Assembly (NCBI GenBank): GCA_038523235.1
Contig: JBCBJQ010000058.1
Span: forward strand, 1-36,855
Reading direction: 5' to 3'
Length of the DNA: 36,855 nucleotides
Source of the DNA: Cyanobacteria bacterium J06626_4
GTDB lineage: Bacteria; Cyanobacteriota; Cyanobacteriia; Phormidesmidales; Phormidesmidaceae
Below the pieces are notes generated by a model, which was not told the DNA's origin, made no database searches, and worked only from the letters and a program-made list of their open reading frames with translations. The position numbers were made by a program, and so were the translations under genes. Position 1 is the first letter of the stretch; the number at the start of each line of letters is the position of its first letter. Positions 29,444 to 36,855 of the stretch are shown here, in pieces.

Positions 29444-29725
29444 TCAAATTTCGATTTTGGTGATGTCAATGATGAACTTCTTCACCTGACTTACTCCAGG
29501 CTCCCACCCACCCTCTATTGCTTGCTGAACTGCCTGCTCAATGATGCAGGGAGATATAACTAGATCGTGCTGATATTCAAAGCCTCCAGTGACACAGTAT
29601 CTGTCGTCATCAATGCTCTCAATAATGAAGGACTTAGTGAAGTAGTCAGAATCTACTTGAGCAAACCATCTGTAAGCCTTGCCATCAATGCTGATTTTGC
29701 GAGTCCCTTTCCTCGGTATTGCCAT
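29444..29725 (-). CDS. Hypothetical protein (93 aa) carried on a putative integron cassette
   Basis: MAIPRKGTRKISIDGKAYRW...ISPCIIEQAVQQAIEGGWEP; ATG 18 nt after the GTTAGGC core site. Confidence 0.75.
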   Translation of the reverse strand: MAIPRKGTRKISIDGKAYRWFAQVDSDYFTKSFIIESIDDDRYCVTGGFEYQHDLVISPCIIEQAVQQAIEGGWEPGVSQVKKFIIDITKIEI

Positions 29726-29743
29726 AAAACTTTTTTGGGTGAA

Positions 29744-29762
29744 GCCTAACTCTTATTAGATC
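29744..29762 (-). other. attI-like simple tyrosine-recombinase site
   Basis: Minus strand GATCTAA-TAAGAG-TTAGGC: TAA-N6-TTA dyad containing the GTTRRRY core. Confidence 0.5.
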
Positions 29763-29875
29763 GACAATTGCAGTCTATCTGCCCGAAATCTGGTGGATAG
29801 GCTGATTGCTCGCGGTATATCTCGCTAAATTGGGTGTATGGGCTGCACGTTGCCCATGTAGTACACTCATATTAG

Positions 29876-31020
29876 CAGGAGTTACGCATTGACAGCTGAA
29901 TGAATATATGAGTTGAAATTCAAAGGTGTTGCATAAACCATTCCGTTGCGTATTCTGGCAAAACCTTCCACGGCGCACTGCACGATCGACCTCTACGTCT
30001 GCTACCGACTCGCTCAACCGCAAGGTTCTGGCTGTTGCGCACTGGCTGAGAGGCTCAAAAGGGTGTCCCACGACAGCGTCAATCGCTTTCTGTGCCGAGA
30101 GCGCTACGTGCCGAAGGATCTGTTGGACGAGTTAGTCTCTCAAGGCTGGATTGACTTAGTCGGGGGTGTTTTGAGCGTGGACGATACGGTGCTGGAAACG
30201 CCTTATGCGCAACGCCAAGCCACCGCTCTGTTGGGCTATTTCTGGAGCAGTAAAGCTGCTAAACCGGTACTGGGACTCTTACTGGTCACGCTCTACTACA
30301 CCAGCATCAATGGCTTGCGAGTGCCGATTAACGACCGGCTCTATGACCAAGCGGAGGGAAAAACTAAAAACCAATACTTTCAGGAGAGGTGGCAGGACGT
30401 GAGGCAATGGGGTCTGCGCCCTCGCGCCGCCACGAGCGATATTTGGGATGCCGCCAAAGCAAATCTCAAGTATCGCTCAAAGACGACCAGACGGGGTTTT
30501 TAGTCGGAGTGGCCAAGAATCGCCGGGTGCGTTTAACGCCTCATCAAGCTGATCAACGGGTGGAGGCGCTCACCATTCCTGAGTCTGGGAGGCTGGTCTA
30601 TCTTAGGGGAGTCGGGTGAGTCCAGGTCTTTTGCCAGCGTTTCAAAAACGAATCGTGTCGGTATTATGCTTTGTACTTGCCTGACCCGGAGGCGCTAGAA
30701 GCAGCCGTTGCGGCTGACTTTGAGCAGTTGCATACCCAACATTGGGGCATTGAATGTTTTCACCGGACCGGGAAACAGTTGTGTGCCCTCAAACGCTTTC
30801 GGGTGCGCTTAAAGGAAGCTATTCACACTCATATCTTCTGCGCCCTACGTGCCTTTATCGAGTTGGAGTTGCACGTCTGGCACCAGCAGTTAGGCAATTG
30901 GTATGAGCTACAACGTCACCTCTATCAAGAGGTCGCTCGCCAGTTCATCCTCCAAGCACCGCTGATGGGTAGCACCGCTTGAATTATGGTTTTGCTGAAT
31001 TTGTCAATGCGTAAGTCCTG
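29876..31020 (+). mobile_element. IS701-family insertion sequence (1145 bp), decayed
   Basis: 19-bp terminal inverted repeats CAGGAGTTACGCATTGACA (29876-29894) and TGTCAATGCGTAAGTCCTG (31002-31020), 18/19 match, enclosing transposase fragments. Confidence 0.88.
29946..30982 (+). pseudogene. IS701-family DDE transposase pseudogene
   Basis: SHDSVNRFL, LSVDDT, KTKNQYF and WGIECFHR..KQ motifs; frameshift near 30470 and in-frame TGA at 30617-30619. Confidence 0.88.
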
Positions 31021-31167
31021 ATGTCTGCCCGTGACATTCAGCTCTCCTGCGCTAGACTTTGAAGCCGCGAGGTGCGAAACTTGCCGAGTTGTCAGCAAAC
31101 GTTGGCACAGATCCGTAGGCACAGCGTCATTGATCCCGATGAAGTTTCCTGAAAGGAGACATCCCGA

Positions 31168-32667
31168 TTGCGATTTGATTGGCTAATTTCAACAGGGTTG
31201 GGGGTGACTAGCGCGCTAGTTTTAACCTTGCCCGCAGCGGCGGCTCAGCTGCAGTCTTGGCAGTTTAATGAACGCGAAAATCAGCTGGTGTTTACCACTG
31301 ATACGGCGGTGCAGCCGCGCGCTCAGCTGGTATTTAACCCCACTCGAGTGGTCATCGATTTGCCGGGCACCACGTTAGGGCGATCCTCTCGGCGTCAGGC
31401 CGTCGGCGGGGCGATTCGCGAAGTGCGATCGGGTCAATTTGATGCCCAAACGGCTCGCCTGGTGATTGAGCTGGCTGCCGGATACACCTTGGACCCACGG
31501 GCAGTCGAGATCCGCGGCATCAGCAGCAACCAGTGGGTCGTGCAGCTACCAGAACCAGAACAATCAGCCACGCCCACTGCGCCTGCCGGCAACAGTGGCA
31601 ACTCCATCACCGGGGATTTTTCTAACGAGGCGACGAGCTTTCTCTCGAATATTGTGACGACGCCCGATGGCTTTTTTATTCGCACCGATGGCCCGATCCC
31701 GACGATCAATCTAGAACGGGTCGGCAGTCTCGGGCGCGAGCGCCAGATTGTAATTGACATTTTCAACAGCTCGATTTCGCCCTTTCTCGAAGCTAGCAAC
31801 CTCCCCGGCAATCGTTACAGCGTGAGCCGCTGGGATATTGCTCAAGACAATCAAAGCTTGACGACTCGGGTGGTGATGACGCTATCCCCCGACAGCCCGG
31901 ATTGGGAAATCACCCCCACCAGTGTCGGCAGCCAAAGTGGCCTAGTGATTGTGCCGCCCAGTGGGGTTTCCATCAGCTCCATTCCAGATGAGCCGTTAAG
32001 CACCAACCCTGCGATCGCGGTACCGCCCGGTTCGCAACAGCCGCCGCAAGCACAGATTCCCCAGCCGCAGATTCCCCCGCAGCCCCAAACGCCGCGAGTG
32101 CCGCCGCGGGTCAACAATAGTCGAATTTTGGTGGCGATCGATCCGGGGCATGGGGGCCGCGACCCTGGTGCTGTGGGTATTGGCGGTGTCCAAGAAAAGA
32201 ACGTAGTGTTTCCCGTTTCGACACGGGTAGCGCAGCTCTTGCGAGAAGCGGGCGTTGATGTGGTGATGACGCGGGTAGACGATCGCACCCTCGATCTAGA
32301 GCCACGGGTCAACATTGCTAACAACGCCAACGCCACTATCTTTCTCAGCATTCATGCCAACGCCATTAGCCTGAGTCGGCCTGACGTCAACGGGGTAGAA
32401 ACCTATTACTACTCCGAGAACGGTCGACAATTGGCCAGCATCATTCATGCCAATGTGCAGCCCGCTTCAGGTTTGGGCAATCGTGGGGTCAAGCAGGCCC
32501 GATTCTATGTGTTGCGCAATACGGCCATGCCAGCCGCCCTGCTGGAGCTGGGTTTTCTCACCGGTTCTGAAGATATTGTCAGACTACGTGACCCCGCTTG
32601 GCAAGAACGCATGGCCCAAGCGATCACTCAAGGTCTCTTGCAATACCTCGAACCCTACCGCCGCTAG
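31168..32667 (+). CDS. N-acetylmuramoyl-L-alanine amidase with AMIN domain (AmiC-like)
   Basis: Signal peptide, NPTRVVIDLPG (AMIN), Pro/Gln linker, IDPGHGGRDPGA, EK, SIHAN and LLELGF motifs; TTG start after AAGGAG. Confidence 0.94.
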   Translation: MRFDWLISTGLGVTSALVLTLPAAAAQLQSWQFNERENQLVFTTDTAVQPRAQLVFNPTRVVIDLPGTTLGRSSRRQAVGGAIREVRSGQFDAQTARLVIELAAGYTLDPRAVEIRGISSNQWVVQLPEPEQSATPTAPAGNSGNSITGDFSNEATSFLSNIVTTPDGFFIRTDGPIPTINLERVGSLGRERQIVIDIFNSSISPFLEASNLPGNRYSVSRWDIAQDNQSLTTRVVMTLSPDSPDWEITPTSVGSQSGLVIVPPSGVSISSIPDEPLSTNPAIAVPPGSQQPPQAQIPQPQIPPQPQTPRVPPRVNNSRILVAIDPGHGGRDPGAVGIGGVQEKNVVFPVSTRVAQLLREAGVDVVMTRVDDRTLDLEPRVNIANNANATIFLSIHANAISLSRPDVNGVETYYYSENGRQLASIIHANVQPASGLGNRGVKQARFYVLRNTAMPAALLELGFLTGSEDIVRLRDPAWQERMAQAITQGLLQYLEPYRR

Positions 32668-32702
32668 GGTTCGGACTCTGCGCTGGAATTACCGATCCGC
32701 TA

Positions 32703-32842
32703 TAAATAGCTGGGTCAAATTAAGTGTTAAACCGGTCGCTGATTTCGACTCCGCTCAATCAGCTATATTGCTTACCAAGTCAAACGTTGAGGGTTGAGCG
32801 GAGCCGAAACCCGTCTGCAAGATGATTGTGCTTACCTACTTA
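32703..32842. mobile_element. Putative 140-bp MITE with internal REP-like inverted repeat
   Basis: Internal TTTCGACTCCGCTCAA (32743-32758) and TTGAGCGGAGCCGAAA (32794-32809), 15/16 match; degenerate termini TAAATAGCT... and ...ACCTACTTA. Confidence 0.55.
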
Positions 32843-33056
32843 CACCGATGAGTCGCGCAACTTGCATTCGTCTTGATCGGAACGATATCCGTTATCCAGA
32901 AAGCGATTCCATTAGAGAAACAAGATGATTTTGGATTAAAATTGGCTTCCATCCACCGTCAGGTATGTTCTCGACCAACGGAGATGGCTTTGAGAGCGTA
33001 AGCTTCAGAAAAAGCGCATCCACAGGTCTAGCACACTACCGAAGTCTCCCGTCTCC

Positions 33057-33845
33057 CTACTGAGCAGCTTGCACACGGACGAGGGCTTCCGATAAAAAGT
33101 CGGCAGGCACTGCGCCCGGAATCAGAACGTCATTCATAATGAACGTCGGCGTACTGCTGAGCTGTAGTTCTTGGGCAAGGGCCAAATCGCGTGCGACGGC
33201 TTTTTTCGCGTCTTCACTGGCGCGATCTGTGTTGAACTGATCAAGATCTAAGTCTAAATCACGGGCAATTCTCAGGTAGAGTCCTTCGCCTAGATTGGGC
33301 TGGTTCTCAAAGAGCGCATCGTGGTAAGCCCAGAATTGACCCTGCTGTCCGGCGGCCCAAGAGGCCAGCGCGGCAGGCAGTGCCTCAGGGTGAATGTTGG
33401 TCAGGGGAAAGTTTTTCAAGACAAAGAGCACATCGTTGTCATGCTCGGCGAGAAATTCATCAATGTGGCCGGTGGCCTGGTTGCAGAACCCGCACTGATA
33501 GTCAGAAAATTTCAGCAGGACCACCGTAGCATCAGGATTGCCCAGCGTCGGAGAATCGCCCACCAAAATTTCTCGACTCAGATCATCAACAACTTCCGTC
33601 ACCAAAACTTGATGTTCTTCCTGGTTGGCGGGGGGTGCGGTTACGGGAGTTGGCGCTGCGGTCGGTGCTTCAGCGTCTAAAGGGGCTGTTGAGTTGCCAC
33701 CCAAAGAAGTCGTCAATGAAATCAAAAGTGCTGCACCAACGGCACCGAAGAAGCCAATGCCCAACCATAGCGGCCAGTTGGTGGCTTTGGCTTTGGCTGA
33801 GTTAGGAGAATTCTCAGCTGGAATCTTAGGGGAAGAATCACTCAT
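33057..33845 (-). CDS. Membrane-anchored DsbA-family thiol-disulfide oxidoreductase
   Basis: N-terminal transmembrane helix, GNPDA.V, FSDYQCGFC, FPL..IHP and STPTF (cis-Pro) motifs. Confidence 0.92.
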   Translation of the reverse strand: MSDSSPKIPAENSPNSAKAKATNWPLWLGIGFFGAVGAALLISLTTSLGGNSTAPLDAEAPTAAPTPVTAPPANQEEHQVLVTEVVDDLSREILVGDSPTLGNPDATVVLLKFSDYQCGFCNQATGHIDEFLAEHDNDVLFVLKNFPLTNIHPEALPAALASWAAGQQGQFWAYHDALFENQPNLGEGLYLRIARDLDLDLDQFNTDRASEDAKKAVARDLALAQELQLSSTPTFIMNDVLIPGAVPADFLSEALVRVQAAQ

Positions 33846-33893
33846 GACTGAATCAAAGGGTGGCGGTAAAGAATGCGCTCAATTTATCTCAAC

Positions 33894-33943
33894 AATCTGA
33901 GAACACCCTGAGAGAGCACAGAAATCTGAGAATGCTCTGAGAG
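33894..33943. promoter_or_regulatory. Two tandem direct-repeat boxes upstream of the DsbA gene
   Basis: AATCTGAGAACACCCTGAGAG and AATCTGAGAATGCTCTGAGAG (18/21 identical), each containing CTGAGA half-sites 11 bp apart. Confidence 0.5.
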
Positions 33944-34267
33944 CGACTAGAGAATTGAGACTCCCCCATTAGGTGCTCCATCACCTGGCCCAGATGAGCG
34001 CATTCGTCGTGGCAGCCCGGCTCTGACGCCGCGCCTCAAAGCAGACGATGTTTTGTCAGGCTTGGCCGTGTCACCGACAGCGATCGCAACCGGATTTTGG
34101 CGCTGTTGCCTTAGCATAAGCCGGTCAACCGTTCTCTGGGCGGTGCCCAATGGGAGGCATGGTGATCAGAGAGCAACTGAAATTTCAGACTTTAAGGAAA
34201 TTAGGGCACCTTGAGTGAAGAGATAAGTAGCTTGGCTGCTTGTGAACGTTTTGCATGAGGTTGCTGT

Positions 34268-35230
34268 ATGGCGTGGCGTTGGTTTTCCCTCACCGGTTTA
34301 GGGCTGACAACAATCATCGTGAGCGGATCGGGCCTGGCCCCCGGCTTCACTCAGCAGCTTCATGAAGTCACCTTAGAACCCTTGACCCTCAGCGCCTCAG
34401 AGGTGGGGGGAACCGCCTACGTGCCCGCCGCCATTGCTACCTCCCCCCGGCCAGTCGATGGACCGCTGCGGGCCGTGGTGAATGAAGACGATCGCACCCC
34501 CGTATTAACTGCCAGCTATCCTTGGTCAACCATTGGGCGGGTCGATTGGGTCGCCCCGGACGGTGTTACCGTGCTGGGAGCTTGTACGGGGACGCTGATT
34601 GGGCCGCAGCTGGTACTCACCAATGCCCACTGTTTAATTGACCCCGAGAGCGATTTGCCCACCACCCACGCCATTACCTTTCGCCCCAATGTGATTCAGG
34701 GCGAGTCTGAGGCCGTGGCGACGGTGGTGGCCTACGAATATGGCAGCAGCCCGTTTACCGGCGATGTCTCCGACGACTGGGCACTGTTAACTCTAGACGA
34801 GCCTTTGGGCGAGACCTTTGGCTTTTTGGGCTGGCGTCATGTTGACTTTGTTGATGCCGACACGCTGGCCGAGATGGATAGCCAAATCAGTGTGGTCGGC
34901 TACTCGGCAGATTTTCCCCCGGCGACGCTGAGCGGGTTGGGCGAGCCGGGCGAAACCGCTGGGCTCAGCGATCGCTGCAGCGTGATTATGGAGCTAGAAG
35001 AGGGTGATTTTGCCGGGAGTTTAATTCACACCTGTGACACCAACCCTGGCGCCTCGGGAGCCCCACTATTTGCCTTATTTGATGACGGCGACTACTACAT
35101 CTTGGGGCTGCACGCTGGCAGCGTGACCCTGCTTGAAAATGTGACCCTGCCCACCGGTGAGCAAACCGATGTGTTGAATCGCGGCATTCCCGTATCGCGC
35201 TGGGCCGCCAGAGCCGCCGCGCTCCGTTAG
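34268..35230 (+). CDS. Exported trypsin-like (V8/glutamyl endopeptidase-type) serine protease
   Basis: Signal peptide; CTGTLI..VLTNAHC, DDWALL and CDTNPGASGAP catalytic-triad motifs. Confidence 0.92.
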   Translation: MAWRWFSLTGLGLTTIIVSGSGLAPGFTQQLHEVTLEPLTLSASEVGGTAYVPAAIATSPRPVDGPLRAVVNEDDRTPVLTASYPWSTIGRVDWVAPDGVTVLGACTGTLIGPQLVLTNAHCLIDPESDLPTTHAITFRPNVIQGESEAVATVVAYEYGSSPFTGDVSDDWALLTLDEPLGETFGFLGWRHVDFVDADTLAEMDSQISVVGYSADFPPATLSGLGEPGETAGLSDRCSVIMELEEGDFAGSLIHTCDTNPGASGAPLFALFDDGDYYILGLHAGSVTLLENVTLPTGEQTDVLNRGIPVSRWAARAAALR

Positions 35231-35243
35231 CACCGCGTCAGAC

Positions 35244-35747
35244 TCAAAACTGCAGCGTCGAATTGGGAGCCTGGTTATCTGTCTGCTGGCTAGTGCCCAG
35301 CGGTTGGGCATCGGTGTGAACGCGGGTCACATTACCCTGGGATGGCGGGGCCGGCAGCGGAACGGTGGCGCGGTGGTGAAAGGTGTAGAGGATATCGCCG
35401 TGGTTAGTCGGTTCAAAGTCGGCGAAAAAATCTTGAGCCCGTGCATCGAGAAACTTGCGCGCTTGGGCACCGGTAATGTGGGCAGCCATCGCAAAATCCA
35501 GAGCGCTAATGCGACCCTGGTAGCTGGGCAAACAATCATAAAAACAGCGGTACAAACGCCGCTGAAAATCGCGATGGCGCTGCCAGCGATACCACCCAGC
35601 CATGCCACCGGCCAACAGCAACAGCCAGGGCAGCAACAGCTTGAGGAGCCAAATCAGTAGCAAAACGGCGATCGCCGCCCCCAATCCCAACCCTAGTCGC
35701 AGCGTCACGTGCTCAGCATCAAAAGATTGAGGAGGCCATCGCGACAT
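35244..35747 (-). CDS. Hypothetical membrane protein
   Basis: Two hydrophobic helices followed by QGRISALDFAM...A..FLD..A..F.A.F.....G.I.Y.F. Confidence 0.8.
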   Translation of the reverse strand: MSRWPPQSFDAEHVTLRLGLGLGAAIAVLLLIWLLKLLLPWLLLLAGGMAGWYRWQRHRDFQRRLYRCFYDCLPSYQGRISALDFAMAAHITGAQARKFLDARAQDFFADFEPTNHGDILYTFHHRATVPLPAPPSQGNVTRVHTDAQPLGTSQQTDNQAPNSTLQF

Positions 35748-35843
35748 GGGTCTGACTCCAGTTCAAGCGTATTAGTGATTTTCTCTTTGAGTGTAAAAGA
35801 CTCTGGGAGCTTTGGCTGGGCGATCGCACATTAACCGTTACAT

Positions 35844-36855
35844 TCAGGCCGTCTGACGTTCTAGCCAGCCGCGCATTTTGCCCGGATTCAGTAACCCGTA
35901 GGGATCGACCTGCGCTTTGAAGTCAACCTGCGCTGGGTTAATTTCCTTGCGGCCCCCATCTTCCAAAATGTAGGTGTGGGGGTTGGCAATAAAAGCGCCT
36001 TGCGCTTCGAGGTGGTCAATGATGGCCTGTAGCCGTTCTGGCGTTGAGAAGCGCACCAGCTGCAGCGCGGCAGCAATCACCGACCCACCCACCCGAAAAT
36101 ATTCCAAATGCATCATCACCTCATCGCCAAAGTGCTCATACATCTGCTGCACTAATTGCAGTTCCGGGTCATGGGGAAACAGCGTTTGTAAATAGGTTAG
36201 AGAGGGATCGACATTGCGAGCATGCAGGGTGGTGTGGTTCCAGGTAAATTCTGCCAGCGAGGTCTTTTTGCCCGCCTCGTCTGCGGCCTTTTGGTAGGTG
36301 ATGGTGCCACCAAACTCAGCCACGAGTTCGGCCAATAGCTCTAGTGACGGCTCAGCCACCATCAGCAGCGCCGCATGGCAACCTGTCGGCAAGTAGGCTT
36401 TGAGTGCCGCAAAGTAGCTGGGAATCGGGGCCGCGTGGACGCTAATCAGCTTTTTGATCAGACCGTCAGCATCGCCGAGGGCCTGCCCAAACCGTGCCGC
36501 CGTCATGAAATCGTCAAAGGTGACAATCACCTCCGCCCAGGGATAGGCAGGCCCCAGCGGAATTTCTAGCTCGGTAATAATGCCGTTCGTGCCGTAGGCA
36601 TGGTTGACCTGCTGCACGTCATCACCTCGCAGTTCAATCACGCGAGGTTCATCTTCTAAGGTCACGACCCGCACCGCATTGAGGTTGCCGCGATCGCGCA
36701 GTTGGCCATACATAATTGACCCGATGCCGCCGCTGCCGCCCCCAATGAAGCCGCCAATCGTCGCCGTGCGATAGGTTGAGGGATACATGCGAATTTCCCA
36801 GCCTGCGGGCCGGGTGACTTTATCAATCGCCGCCAACTTAGCGCCGGCGGCGACG
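35844..36855 (-). CDS. FAD-binding oxidoreductase (VAO/GlcD-like), 5' end outside the window
   Basis: PST..ATIGGFIGGGSGG, HAYGTNGII and C-terminal DPYGLLNPGK; the frame is open to the window edge. Confidence 0.9.
   Translation of the reverse strand, partial: VAAGAKLAAIDKVTRPAGWEIRMYPSTYRTATIGGFIGGGSGGIGSIMYGQLRDRGNLNAVRVVTLEDEPRVIELRGDDVQQVNHAYGTNGIITELEIPLGPAYPWAEVIVTFDDFMTAARFGQALGDADGLIKKLISVHAAPIPSYFAALKAYLPTGCHAALLMVAEPSLELLAELVAEFGGTITYQKAADEAGKKTSLAEFTWNHTTLHARNVDPSLTYLQTLFPHDPELQLVQQMYEHFGDEVMMHLEYFRVGGSVIAAALQLVRFSTPERLQAIIDHLEAQGAFIANPHTYILEDGGRKEINPAQVDFKAQVDPYGLLNPGKMRGWLERQTA

Larger units (their letters stand above)
399..36699. repeat. HIP1 octamer GCGATCGC dispersed through the window
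   Basis: Recurs many times (e.g. 399-406, 3928-3935, 26741-26748); a hallmark of many cyanobacteria. Confidence 0.95.

Noticed and set aside
32020..32110. Repetitive CCGCAG/CAGATTCCC sequence in the amidase gene
   Set aside because: Encodes an ordinary Pro/Gln interdomain linker
33894..33943. Direct repeats considered as a mini-CRISPR
   Set aside because: Only two 21-bp copies with an 8-bp gap, and no cas genes
4879..36569. Many antisense or alternate-frame ORFs inside long genes (e.g. 6094-6702, 16357-16842, 21315-21851, 31851-32351)
   Set aside because: Shadow ORFs of GC-rich coding sequence overlapping well-supported genes

Overview
Chromosomal window from a HIP1 (GCGATCGC)-rich cyanobacterium, probably a filamentous Leptolyngbya-like strain (inference from gene content). 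Most of it is ordinary core genes: grxC, hpf, lipB, an SSB, mannose-1-P guanylyltransferase/PMM-like fusion, cobK, an RsbU-type phosphatase, argH, crtD, a CtaA-type Cu P1B-ATPase, an AMIN amidase, DsbA and a trypsin-like protease. The more interesting parts are as follows. (1) An apparent integron remnant at 29.15-31.0 kb: attI-like simple site, one gene cassette and an attC site, with a decayed IS701-family element where intI would be expected. (2) Two further small ORFs at 19.2-19.9 kb with cassette-like boundaries. (3) A periplasmic sensor-HAMP-class III cyclase gene followed by an MscS-cNMP channel gene, in which both the cyclase active site and the cNMP-binding arginine are degenerate. 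(4) Several candidate regulatory sites: HLR1/RpaB at crtD, a MarR operator, OmpR-type repeats at dsbA, and a HetR-like box upstream of a possible patU-like split gene. (5) Two small palindromic MITE/REP-like elements. No rRNA, intact tRNA or CRISPR array was seen. All calls come from reading motifs by eye; no searches were run.
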